DNA of 64,000 bases from Octopus vulgaris. Lineage: Eukaryota. A model generated the notes under the pieces. That model was not told the origin of the DNA. It did no database searches and saw nothing but the letters and a program-made list of their open reading frames with translations. Positions 1 through 12,503 of this stretch are shown piece by piece (within the stretch, counting starts at the first letter, position 1; every line of letters starts with the position of its first letter). The translations under genes were made by a program, and so were the position numbers. The stretch spans positions 54,002,001 to 54,066,000 of the forward strand of contig OX597827.1 in assembly GCA_951406725.2 (NCBI GenBank), in the 5' to 3' direction.

Positions 1-734
1 GAGTGAGAAGACCAAATCAAGTGAGAAAATTTGCCCCATTTTCGTTATGTTATGATGTGAACATATCTGAAGTAGTCTTTGCTTAAGTATTTCGATGTAT
101 TTTTCAGAGTTTATGGTTCCAACACCTTCGATCAGCTCAGAACGACCATTGCTGGTGACAGCTCCCCATACAATTACAGAGATACCACCATGTTTCACAG
201 TTAGTTGGAGTTATTTCAAATCAAATTCTTGATTGAGAAGCCTCCAGACCCAAACACGTCCACAAATAATGCAAATCTAGATTCATCTGAGAAAATCCCT
301 CTATCCCAAAATTAAATGGATTTTTCTGACATCTCCTTAGCCCATTTCTTTCTTTTCATGCTATTAATTGGTTGAAGGAGAGGTTTTCTTCTAGCTGCTC
401 ATCCATAATACCCAAACTTATGCAGATATGTAACATACGTTCTGGGACTAACTTCTAGCTGTCTTGCAATGTCAGAAGCCTTCAAACAGGGTTCGTTTTC
501 CACAATTCTCTTCAAACAGTGAAGCTTCCTTTCCAAGGGTCCAGGTCGGTTGGGACAAGAATCTGTTGTTTCTTTTCCTTGGCTTTTGAATTGCACTATA
601 ATTCTTTTAAAAGTAGCAAAAGGAATTTGAAGATTTTCAGCAATTTTTTGCTGGTTAAGACCAGCCTCAGATTGCCCAACAATACGATCTCTTTGAAAAT
701 CTGACAGTTCTGCTGAATTTTTTGTGCATGGCAT
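1..734 (-). mobile_element. Tc1-like transposase pseudogene (N-terminal HTH and start of catalytic domain; runs off window)
   Basis: ORF 399-806 gives MPCTKNSAELSDFQRDRIVG...GLNQQKIAENLQIP (paired-like HTH). Past the stop at ~399 it reads AARRKPLL...WAKEM...IFSDESRF...VKHGGISVIVWGA, all Tc1 motifs, with stops and frameshifts. Confidence 0.9.
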
Positions 735-827
735 GGATACTCTTATACATATCAGGTCATCCCATAAGTTCTGTCTGAATTTTAAATAAAGAAAATAAGT
801 GATCAAATGTTATATTTAAATGAAATT

Positions 828-1096
828 TAATCATCAATGTACTTTTCCTGATTATCTGACTTCCTTCCATCTATTTACAAGCTTTTTAATCCCATCAATG
901 TAAAACTCTTTTGGTTTCAAAGGGAAGAACTCTGAAATGTCAGTTTCGACCTCCTGGTTTGCAAAAGTTATGTCCCCCAAATGATTCTGTAAACTACAAA
1001 ACGAATGGTAGTCTGAAGGAGTAACATCAGGTAATAAGGTGGATGAGGAATTTTTTTCCCAGCCAAGCTCTTCGATCTTCTGTGATGTGATCTTTT
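828..1096 (-). mobile_element. mariner-type transposase C-terminal fragment
   Basis: With frameshifts the minus strand reads KIEELGWEKIPHPPY..PDVTPSDYHSFCSLQNHLG...EFYIDGIKKLVNRWKEV, matching the mariner HPPYSPDLAPSDYHLF motif. Confidence 0.85.
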
Positions 1097-1639
1097 CAGT
1101 TCACTGTTGCTGGATGATTTGTCTCTACTTCTGATATATTTATGTATTTCTAACATTTCGTCTATAGTAGATACTACTCAGGATGAATACTGTGGTTTAT
1201 CAGGTTTTCAGTTATGTGTCTGTTACACACATACACTCACACTAGATCACATGTTTTGATTATTTTAATTTTATATTCTGTCTATATGTATTTTATGTTG
1301 CCTGATTGTATTTTATATTGTGTCCATACGTAATTTAAGTTCTCCCTCGTCAGTGATATTTTTGGAAGTAATTTTCATTTTGTATTTAGTTATTATATAA
1401 TTCATCTTTCACTACAGTTAGATGCTGGATTCAATTTATTCCTAGTTTAAGAGAAACCTAACTTGATTTCATATTCGTGTTGTTCAAATATTTTCAGATA
1501 AATGTATCTAACAAATAAAATAAGTGACAACTCAAAATTTTATTTTTAATTTACTCAAAATTTTCCAAATAAAAATATTTAACAAATAAAATAGTTGGTA
1601 AACTCAGACTTTTATGTTTACTTTGGTAAAATTTTTCAT

Positions 1640-4500
1640 ATAAATGTATTTTAGCAGATATAATAATTGAAAACCACAGAAAATATATAACAGTTTCAAA
1701 ACTGAGATTAAATGTGCTTTGAAGATCATACATTTGTGAACATTATCATCTTTTCCAACAGAAGACATTATATAAATATTAGAAGACATTGATAGGTTCG
1801 AATACCTGGGGATCTTTGTTTCTAACATTGGAGGTGGTACCATGAATTTGGAAAACAGACTGACCAAAGCTGTGATTTGTATGTATTCCCTTTCTAACAA
1901 AGAATATGAAATTTTGATTATTAAATTTCATATTGTTTTAATCCACTTATTGTTGATTGAGGTTTTGCTCATTTTGGAGTATGATAGTATCTTCTGGAGT
2001 TTGGATAGCCATTGACATTTTGCATCATTGAGATAACTCATTAGTTTACATGAGTGTACCTGTGATAGGTTGATGATAAATAATAATAGTCCTAGAACTG
2101 TTCCCTGAGGCATACCACTTATTACAGGTAACTTTGCAGGGAGAACCTATCAATGTCTTCTAATATTTATATAATGTCTTCTGTTGGAAAAGATGATAAT
2201 GTTCACAAATGTATGATCTTCAAAGCACATTTGCAGCAAAAGATTAGCTCCTACCATTTAGGAAGTCAAAGAGCCATTCTCTGAGTCTTCCTGATACCAA
2301 GCTCCCTTAGCTTATGACGGATGATTCCATGAACAATTCTGACAGATGCCTTAACAAAATCTAATTATATACAGTCAGTGTCCTTTCCTCTCAAGAGATT
2401 ATTAAGAATAGTGCTATGGTGCTGTATTATTTGTGTAAAATACCTTCGTCCAGTCCAAAAACCATGCTGTATGTCATCTACGAGGTTGTTTTCCTCAAGG
2501 TATGTAATAATTCTATTTTGCACAATGCATTTAATAATTTTAGATGTGTGAGATGTGAAAGAAACAGGTCTGTAATTTTTAGCTTCAGCTTTGCTACCCT
2601 CCTTTGTGAATAGTTGTTACTATTGGGTCTTTCAGTAGTTCTGGGAATTCACCAGTATCTAGCAATTTTTTAAATAATATCTTTAATGGTTTCCTGAGGC
2701 TGTTTTGCATGTTTTTAGCAGTATGGCCGAGAGACCATCTGGTCCAGATTTTGAGCTTCAATCTAGGTCATTAGCTGTAAGTATATCATCTTCCATTATA
2801 TCATTAATTTTCAGATGTCTCTCTGCAATTGAGTTCTGGGGGGTCAAAAGATTCATTTGATTCATTTATCATTTTGTTAACTACAGGTTGGGAAAATGCA
2901 CTGTCATAATGTCAACTGAAGGATGTGCATATTTGTAAGGAATCATTTGTAATATGATCCATTTCGATCCATTAGAGAACCAATCTAGTTATCAGTAGCT
3001 GATTTTTGTTTAGTGGAAAAAGAACTTAGAAAAAGATTTTATATTTTACACTGCTCGTTGTTCCCTCAGTGAAGTTTCTTTTTCATGAGATAGTTTTAGG
3101 TTCAGTTTGATGATTTTTTTTTCTCATTCTCATCTGCTGAGAGAGTTTGGTTTTTTTAGTTGTTTTGTTTGTTTGGTTCTGTTACACACTAGTATCCGTC
3201 TGTCTCACAGAATCAAGTGCTTGCAGGAACAGGCATGTTTATATGGGGCATGCTTTCAACAGATCTTGGTTAACTCTTCCTACAGAATTCCTTCGTTAAC
3301 ATTGGGATTGCCAATATACTGAGACCAGTTTGTTTCAAGAATTTCAGTTTCAATTTTCTTCTACTTGACCTTCCTGAAATTCAAATTCATTTGGAGAGAG
3401 TCATGTTCATTGTTATTTATGTGTGTTACTCTCTTTGATAATTGCATAGTGTTGTGGTTGGAAATAGCTGTGGCAATGATTCAAACATTGCTAATGAAGT
3501 TTTTATTGGTATTAAAGACTAGGTTGAGCATGTTATTTCCCCAAGTTGGATGGGTAATGATTCATTGCATGATGCAGTCTTTAGTGGTATTGAAAAGAGA
3601 ATTCAAATCTTGACTTTTCAGTTGTTTAATTTCAGATTGGGTATAAGCCTTAGGCTAGCTGAGATTAGGAAAATTAAAGTCCCTGGCTAAAAGTACATTA
3701 GCCTGTGGGCTTGGTTTATTTGGGGTTTGACTTATGAGCAACAAAACATCTTTGAAGTGATCTCTGTGGTTAGCTGCAGCAGGAAGACAATAGGTAATGT
3801 CTATGATCAAATTGAGGGCAATCATATGCATTATTAGTGTTGGAGTGGAAGACCTGTTGCTAGGTTTCCTTGGATGAAAATCGTTATTTCTGTTAGTTTC
3901 TATATTCTGTAGTGAGTTCTGAATAGTATGTAACCTGACATATCTACTTCCACATCCAATATGTCTGGGGTTAGGTGCATTTCACTTAGCGCTACACATA
4001 TTGTCTTTGCTTGCTGTGCAAGGTCTCTAAGATATGATACTTTTGTTCAATTTGTGAAGTGTGAGAGACCATGTACATTCAGCATTATTATTGAGTTGAC
4101 TTTGTGGATTAATGACAGCAATGGTGTGGTTATGCACTGGGGTAATAGCAGTGGTTGGTACTGTATGAAAACTAGAAGTATTTTTTTATATTTCTTTTGC
4201 AACATTCATCATCGCTAAAAAACAATTTTCTTCGTTTGGGAAGGGTTGTTGTCTGAACTTGATATGGTTGCACTGTTGATTATAGTTATATTGCTTGCGG
4301 CTCTTGATTTTACTATTGTATCCTGTGGATATCAGGGTGACTTTTGGGTTCTGGTGAAAGTTTGGACCAACACCGCCACTGTAAGGGATGTTTCTACTGT
4401 AGATTTGGTGGTGGTTTGGTTTCATGCTTTTACCAGTGCATCAAGTCCCTGGAAGATGAGTGAAGAGACAGTCACACATCAGACACAATCCTTCATGTTA
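1640..4500 (-). mobile_element. Degenerate CR1-group LINE ORF2 (APE endonuclease + reverse transcriptase)
   Basis: Endonuclease motifs LNVHGL..KVSYLRDL..VALSE (~4080-3980) and ARDFNFPNL (~3680). RT motifs ENYRPVSFTSHTSKI (~2570), QHGF, LDFVKAS (~2360) and SGMPQGTVLGLLLFII (~2115). Many stops. Clade call is approximate. Confidence 0.85.
1710..2232. repeat. Perfect 90-bp inverted repeat (1710-1799 / 2143-2232), 343-bp spacer
   Basis: aaatgtgctttgaag...gataggttc at 1710-1799 is the exact reverse complement of gaacctatc...caaagcacattt at 2143-2232, read base by base. Confidence 0.95.
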
Positions 4501-4711
4501 TGAATAGCAACAGATTTTAGGATTCCAAGTTACATGTGTATAAGTTATTAAGTGTGATTTAGCATTTAAGATGTGTGGTTTGGTGTTAGTTGGTATTGCT
4601 GGTATGAATTGAGTGTCTTGTCCTAGGTAAATGGGTGAAGTTCTGCCAGCTCACCACCTTAATATAGATGATGATGGTGGTGGTGGTGGTGGTAGCAGTG
4701 GCTATCATGGT

Positions 4712-5080
4712 AGACAAATAAGAAGGGGAACTGCCTTGAAGAATTTTTAATTGAATGAATCAGCTCCAGTACTTATTTTTTTAAAGCCTGGTACTTATTC
4801 TATCAGTCTCTTTTGTTGAACTGCTAAGTTACGGGGATGTAAACACACCAACACCATTGTCAAGCGGTGGTGGGGACAAACACAAAGACACACACATACA
4901 CACACACATACACACATACACACACACACACACAGATATACATATACAACGGGCTTCTTTCAGTTTCTGTCTACCAAATCCACTCACAAAGCTCTGGTCT
5001 GCCTGAGGCTATAGCAGAAGACACTTGTCTAATGTGCCACACATGTGGTTGGGAAACAAGCTCTTTATCACACAGCTTGT
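4712..5080 (-). mobile_element. tRNA-derived SINE, family B, with internal (CA)n
   Basis: Reverse complement matches the copies at 53068 and 63307 (gtagacagaaactgaaagaagccc, ggtgtgtttacatccccgtaacttagc, gaataagtacc). Confidence 0.85.
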
Positions 5081-7317
5081 GCCTGTTTGAGAATTTAAAA
5101 AAAATGAAAAAAAATGTTATTTTATGGAGTGAAGTTTCCTTAAAAGACATTGCATTGCAAACATTCTCTTATCACATGTGCCGTCTGAAATGCAATGAAG
5201 CAGTAGTTGGTCCATTGTAACCAGTAACACTGTTGTTCACAAAAGTGAAATGAAATTATGAATGAAACCTAACATTTTTAGAGGAGGATTAAGCTATGAT
5301 CTTGTTATTTCCAAGAAAATCAGTGGTGTAAAGAAATGAAATGGTTCCAACTGGGAATTAAAACTTGATCTTAGACTAAACTCATCTGGAATTTATTTTT
5401 ACAGTATAATATATAAATGCTTCCTAAACCCCAAAGGGGCTTTTAAAGGCAATTGCTTAATTTGTTTCTTTTTATTTTTATTAATATATATATTAAGTGA
5501 ATTTTAGATAGGTCTGTTTCAAGCAACATTTCAAGGGAATCATATAGCTCTCCTTGAACCCTTGGTGAACTGAAGCATGTAGAATGAAATGTACTTCACA
5601 AATACAAAGTAGAACATTTACAGTGGATTTGAACTCATAACGTACAAACTGGTGGTTCAGTACTATATTCATCTGGCCATTTCCCTTCTCTCAATCCTAT
5701 GATGCTAAACTTTGTAAAGAATAAAGAACAACTGAGTTGGCAGTGATTTGCAACATTAGAACACCAATCCAAAATAAAGTGGAAAAACATGTTACTGCAA
5801 AGAAGTTAATAGTAACTCTTTTGGTTTAAATCTTATATTGAATTCATTTCTAACCAGATCAAAAGCTTTATGAACCAATATGCAGCTGCCTTCTTAGATC
5901 CTTACCAGTATAAAAAGGAATGTAAAAGGTTTTCATAACCCATTGCCATTCAATTAATTCACAATGAAGTAAGTACTAGCTTCTACATTGCAAAACTTTT
6001 ATCCAACAGATGACTTCATATATGACTAGCTCTTCAAACAAATACAGTAGTTAGATCTTCCCTCTAGCAAATCCCTTCTATCTCAAGTAGCAGACACTAT
6101 TGATTAGATTCTATCATAAAACTCTGATGTGATTTAATCAATATTGACAATATGGGTTAGTGATGACATGTAATCATTTTTTACTAAATTTTTTTCGCTA
6201 ACTCAGTATTTCATTTTCCATTTAAAAGACATGACACATGAAATTTATGCACTAAAATGTGATAATATATTTGAAAAGCTTGCAAATATGGGAAATGTGT
6301 AATTATATGTTTGATATTTTATGTGAATCTTAATCCTTCCCACTATGTATCTGTTGACAAGCATGTTTTAATACTAGCAATTGAATTGCATTTCTTCATT
6401 ATAAATTTTGTCTTGAATAAGGTGAATAGAGCTCAGCATCAAATCTACCAAAATCATAGCAAACTGTCTGTGGGTACTCTAGCATACAGTTTACCTTAGA
6501 AATGGAGTGTTTTTAATATAGATCAAATTCAAATATGGTATGCTGGAAATACAAAAATAAGCATTATTGAGTATTACATATTAAAGTGCTGTGCCATATC
6601 AAAAATCACCATCCAACCCTCAACTTGGTGAAGTGTACTGATGATAACTGGATGAGTAAATGCTGAGATATATTGATTAAATATATTTAAGACAGTATAG
6701 TCTTAAAGTAGATATACTTCATTAAACTGACCGAGTAGAATCAGTTGGTCTACTCAGTATCATTGAGCTATCAGTAGGCATTCAGAGGATTAGCTAAGTA
6801 CAAGTTAATATACTTAATATAATGTTCCAACAGAAATTTTGAATTAATCAAAATTATGCTCATGATGAAGAAAAACATAATTAGCTTTAGTGATTAATTC
6901 TTGTCAAATAGGACAGGGAAACAACTGCAAAATTCAAATTAATTAAAAATTGAATGAGAATATTCATTGGGAAATGAGTCTGATTTTTAGTAAGCTCTGT
7001 GACAACTGCAGACACCTTTCAGTCTTATTAGATCTCCGCAAAGCATAGTCTTACTTAAACTTAGTTGATCCTTGGCAAGTGGGAGAATAAATATTTTGAA
7101 AGAAAAGCATTGACTAAGTCAGCAGAACAGTTTTGAATTTCAGTCATGACTATTCATGAGATGTTAATGCATTTAAAGAAGGAATGATTTCTCTAGCTTC
7201 CAATTTCTTATCTTTAGTAGATATAGCAATTGGTTTACAAATACCAATCAAATCATAATTTAGTTCAGTAACATGTGTTTGAATGTCTACTGCTACTATT
7301 ATTATAGGTTTATAAAA

Positions 7318-7955
7318 TGCAGTGAGCAGGTAGAATCATTAGTGCACTGAATGAAACGCTTAGTGGCATTTCATCAGTCTTTACATTCCGAGTTTAAATT
7401 CTGCCACGGTCAACTTCACTTTCCATCTTTTTAGGGTTGATAAAAATAAGTACCAGTCAAGTACTAGGGTCAATGTAATCAACTTGCTTCATCCCCCAAA
7501 ATTTCCAGCTGTGTGTCAATTGCAGAAGAGCTTATTAGAGGCCTATAAAAGGCTGCGAGCTGGCAGAATCGTTAGCACGCTGGGCGAAATGCTTAGCAGT
7601 ATTTCGTCTGCCGTTACATTCTGAGTTCAAATTCAACCAAGGTCAACTTTGCCTTTCATCCTTTCAGGGTCAATAAATTAAGTACCAGTTACGCACTGGG
7701 GTCGATATAATCAACTTAATCCATTTGTCTGTCCTTGTTTGTCCCCTCTATGTTTAGCCCTTTAAATAAGAATTGTCAGTGCATTGGGGGGAAAATGTTT
7801 AGTATCATTTCTTCCAGCTCTTTACATTTTGAGTTCAGATCCCACTGTGGTTGACTTTGCCTTTCATGTTGTTAGGAGTTAATAAAATAAATACAAGTTG
7901 ACCACTGGGGGTTAATGTAATCCTCAATATTTCAGGCCTTGTGTATGTAGTAGAA
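7318..7955 (+). mobile_element. Three head-to-tail copies of tRNA-derived SINE family A (Meta-domain-like core)
   Basis: Best copy 7549-7762 has ggctgcgagctggcagaatcgttagc (A box), gagttcaaattc (B box) and gcctttcatcctttcagggtcaataaattaagtaccag. Two more diverged copies flank it. Confidence 0.9.
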
Positions 7956-8408
7956 AGAATTATATAGGCCTATATTTGAACTCTTTAACATTCCAACTTT
8001 ATTTTTTTCAGCTACGTTACCATATTATCATTAGTAAAAGGAAAATCTCCCTGAAAATTACTCAGTAAATTGTTATTTTCTAATTTGGATTGTTTCATCA
8101 TCTATTTTAATACATATTTTAATGAAATGCACTGCAAAAATGTTTCAGCTAATTTTGAAAATAATGAAGTATTTAGAAAGTGTTAATAAAATAATTAACT
8201 TTATCATTATTAAGCCAGTGTTTGGAACATAACAGTAGGTTCTTACATACAATTATGTTGGAGGGCTTTAATTTAAATATGAACACTTTAAAATGGAATA
8301 GTTTTTTTTTGTCATAGAAAATGGTGATATTTCATGCTGGTAATATCAGAAAGATTAAAGAATGCACCAACACACCATCAGTCATCGTCATCATCATCAT
8401 CACTGTCT

Positions 8409-8856
8409 CAGTGGTTCTCAACTAGGGTCCATTTTGTTGTTACAATTTATGTGCAATAAATTGGTTATATTTCTACAATAAACAAAATATTTAACCCTTT
8501 TGTTACTGTATTAATTTTGAGATACTCTGTGTTTGTTTCAATTACTTTAAATATAAGAAAGAATTTAGTAAAATAACTTAGTTATCTTTCAGCTAGTGTT
8601 AGGAACATAAATTACGACTAAGGTTTGGTGGAAGATTTTAATTCAAAACTTATGAAAACAATACATTTGTACTCAGAGCCAGTTTCAGTCGGGTTTGTAA
8701 TGAAAGGAGTAAACATTTGTTTATACAGTTCCTAATTATATATTAATTGTAATAATATAAGAGTTTTTAAATGGTGAGTGGCTGTGAGGTTTTCTCCACC
8801 CTGAGTAAAACAGGAGTTAAAAGCGTCCATATGCAAAAAATGGTTGAGAAACACTG
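8409..8856. mobile_element. hAT-like MITE containing a nested TTAA-inserted piggyBac-like MITE (~8495-8708)
   Basis: Outer TIRs cagtggttctcaac / gttgagaaacactg. The inner element starts ttaa|cccttttgttac and is the reverse complement of the 27945-28134 MITE. Outer TSD not recognisable. Confidence 0.7.
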
Positions 8857-9899
8857 GTTTAGGTGGTTTGACAAGATCCAACAAACCAGAGGACTACATC
8901 AAGCTCCAATGTCTACTTTAACATGGTTTATATGGCTGGATGCCATTCTTTATGCCAAATGGAAGTCATGAGGTCACCAAGTAACTCACAAGACTAAAAA
9001 GATTCCTTCAACTGAGTGGAGTTGTAGTAGAGAGGGAGGTGGATTTATGCCAGATGATGAGAGGTTAAAGCATGATATCGTCACAAGCACAGGTGTCTTG
9101 CTATAGAGGAGATATATGGCTACCCTGCATTGTATAAGGGTGGGTATTAACTGCTGGATAGAAGGCGAAGATGGTTGTGATGAGGTGTCAGAGCATATCC
9201 TCAAGGCATAGAGAATATGGACAAAGGATTGGGACAGGTAAGTGAGTAAGTTCATGAAAGCATGAAAGAAGAGTGACAGATGATTAGAGATGGGGGTAGA
9301 GGTGAATGTAGTGAATGATGAATAAGAGCATTGGTAGGGTCAGTAGTAAATATCAATATGAACAATGGGGAAGTTGAAAGATATAGGAGTGCCTCAGGAA
9401 GAAGGACCTGGTAAATAGCAGTACAGGAAGGGTGAAAAGCAGCAGGGGAATGAGGAGAGAGAGATGTACAGTGACAAAGATGGAGGTCAGAGGTACATAG
9501 GATACTGTGGATGACAGTTATGATGGCAAATATGAGAAGGTATTGAAGATGAAGTATAGCAGACCTAATATGTAACTCAAAGGAGAGGGAGAGATAACAG
9601 GATGATCAGTGGAAATAAAGTGGGAAGCGATGAGAATGAGGGGTAGATTTAAAAAGAAAATGGTTCCAAAGAAAGGGGAAGGTAACAGTTATCACAAAAA
9701 GGAATGAGGTATGTGCAGCTTCTGCACTCATGATTACAGTTGCTGAACAGTGCCATAGTTGAGATAGGAATGAAATTATAGGAGTAAGGAAGGTGAGGAA
9801 GGATTTATAGGACAGATTGGGTTCAGTGGTAAGGCTCAGTGAGTATATTGACAAATATAATGCTTTTAGGATCTCCCTTTTACCATAGCAGATAGCTTT

Positions 9900-10940
9900 T
9901 TCAAGCACAGCAAATCACCAGTCATCTCAATCTTCTGTCATTTCCTTTGTGAGGCTTAACATCTTGAGATGAGTCTTCACTACTTCATCTTTTGTTTTAC
10001 TGAATCTCCCTCTTCCACTAGTTCCATCAACTTTAAGTGATCAGCTCTTATTTATACAGCTATTGGAATCCGTACCAGCAAAACATTCTTGCTTGTACAC
10101 TACAGATGATGCCAGTTACCCCCAATTTTACTCTAAACACATTTGCACTTAGCTGTACATATGCAGTAATGTTGCACATCCAAGGCATACTAGCTTTGTT
10201 TCTTTAATACACTAGCATCATACAGTCTGCCTTTCACTATGAGAAGGAAACCTTTTGTTATCAACAGAATTAATAACTCTCTGAAATTTATTCATTCTGT
10301 CCTTATTCTAGCAATTAAACTTTCAGATCTTCCTCTTCCACTGCTAATTAGGTCACCTGGTTAACAGAATGTATCTACTACCTCTAAGGATCACCCTGAG
10401 CATTCAAGGAAATCTAATTCCTTTGTGTTCTTTGTTTTTATTGTTCCTACGTACTTACCTCATAGTCTACTATTTTCAATAACCTTCTTGTGATTCTGCT
10501 GCACCTCATGTGTATACATAACTTGGTCCTGGATACACCACATGGAATTTATACTTACATCTTTCTTACATATCAAGCAGCATTATTTTCATAAAGGGAG
10601 TAGAGTCCAGTCTGTTTTTCTGCAAACTAGAGCTTTGGTCTTTGCTAAGTTATATTTAAGGCCCTTTGATTCCAGGTGTACTTCTACACCTGAAATTTCT
10701 TCTCTAATTCTATTACAAATTCTACTATAAGATTGGGGTCATCAGCATATAATAGTTCCCAAGGGTATCTGGTCTTAAAATCCTTTCTAATGGTCTGGAG
10801 GACAATAGTGAACAGAAGGGGACAGTACATTTCATTCCCTTACTCAATTCTGAAGAAGCTGAATGTAGACAGATGGTTTGTGAGAGCCATACAAGCCATG
10901 TACATTGAAACTGTCTGTTAGGTGAGAGTTAGCAATGAGT
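9900..10940 (-). mobile_element. RTE-clade LINE relic with inverted 5' segment (10835-10940 on + strand)
   Basis: Minus strand reads PLLFTIVLQTIRKDFKTRYPWELLYADD and LEVVDTFC*PGDLISSGRGRSESLIARIR...VKGRLYDASV. Plus strand reads LKKLNVDRWFVRAIQAMY..VRVSNE, the RT segment normally just upstream. Confidence 0.85.
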
Positions 10941-11190
10941 GTTAGGCTTATCATCATAAGGTCATGGGTTTTATTCCTGGACCAGCAACACTGTGTGACC
11001 TTGAACAAGGCACTTCATTTTACAGGATTCTAGTCTACTCAGTAGGAACTAAGTACCGATTGTTAATCTTGTGATGGACTGGCATCCAACCCAAGGGAAA
11101 TTTTATGCACTTGCTTGCTTATATGTTCCAGAAATAAGTATAAACTTCAGCCTAATGAGTCCATAGAATCAAGTGAGATGCTACACCAGT
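10941..11190 (+). mobile_element. Degenerate tRNA-derived SINE (CORE/V-like)
   Basis: tRNA-like head remnant, then gtgtgaccttgaacaaggcactt and gtgatggactggcatccaacccaaggg. Confidence 0.6.
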
Positions 11191-12023
11191 CAAGCAGATG
11201 AACATATTTTTCCACTTCAATATAGTTTATTGCATCCAAATGCAAGGTTGGATGTTTGATAGCTAAAGTTGACCCCAACATGATTTTAACCTACCAATGT
11301 CAAGCTTCTAAGTTGATCTAGCACACACACACACACACAGAGAAAATCTAGTTTTTAGATTAGCTCATGTCACATGCTAAGTAATAATATTGGTAACTCC
11401 TTCAAGGTAACTAAGTTTCATTGGGTAAATTGGTTTTGAAATGCTAGATGTTAAGGAGAAATTACAAGTGAGAAACGCCAAAGTGTCGAAAACTAAACTA
11501 AAATCTGCCATTCACACCACAAAAGTTGCAATAAATTAATGAAATGATGACTACAACCATGGTGATGATGATTATGATTACGATGCCTTCAATTAACAAA
11601 TTCATCTACTCTGCTTATTCTCAGAAGTTTATCTGGTAGCATTCTGGAAATAGCTTCTGGTGCCCGCTGCATTGAAGCCTCTGCTGTGTTCACCACTCTT
11701 TCCTCCTCCTTTGGGCAGAAAGCCCTCAAACGGCTCTTACTCTTACATATGTAATAATTAGGTTTTCTGCTCTGCATCACTCATCTAACTGCCTTCCTCC
11801 CGAACTCTCATAATAAGAAATAACACAAATACTTCCTTGTAGCGTTTGTAAGGGTCATTAGAACCTGCAAGCTCATGTGAATCCTATCTGATCACACATT
11901 GCTGCATGTCACCCCTGTGTCCCCTCTATTTGCTTATACTGTGTCACTAAAGTGACTGCAAACCAGAATTCAATGCCAGTACCAAAATCACCAATCATGA
12001 TCCCTGTGGTTTTTCTCCTCATA

Positions 12024-12503
12024 TCTTATAATAATTATGCTTGTCACTCCGTTACTTAGCCCGTCTGTTACGCTTCCACGTGATTAGTTGAAGGGAGAAG
12101 GGAGAAGGTGGTGAGTGAAATGTGTGGTTTTTTAAAACTAAGTTTTTTCCTTCGTTACTTAGCCCGTCAGTAACGCTTTCACGTGATTAGTTTAAGGGAA
12201 AGGTGAAGAACGAAAGGAAAAGGAGAGAGAAAAAGAAGGAAATGCGAAGAGTGAGAGAGAAAGGAGATTGTTGTGTATTAAGTCTATAAAATTGTGCATA
12301 AAGTATACCGAGTGTATATATAAAGTGCATTAAGTAATCATTGTATTCCAATTACCTTCACTTTTCAATGGGTAGCAGATGAGCGACTATCTTTCGATAC
12401 AGACAGAACACAGGCTACACTTTCAGGTTTTTGGGATCAAGTTTTCAGAAATAACCCAATAAATTTGCCATTAATTCCGTGAAATATTCACGGGTCCCGC
12501 TAG
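12024..12503 (+). mobile_element. Non-autonomous Helitron
   Basis: 5' A|TCttataataatt. 3' hairpin ccgtgaa-ata-ttcacgg (12477-12493) then CTAG|T (12500-12503). Internal ~47-bp direct repeat cgttacttagcccgtc...gtgattagtt (12050, 12153). The 5' end is less certain. Confidence 0.8.
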
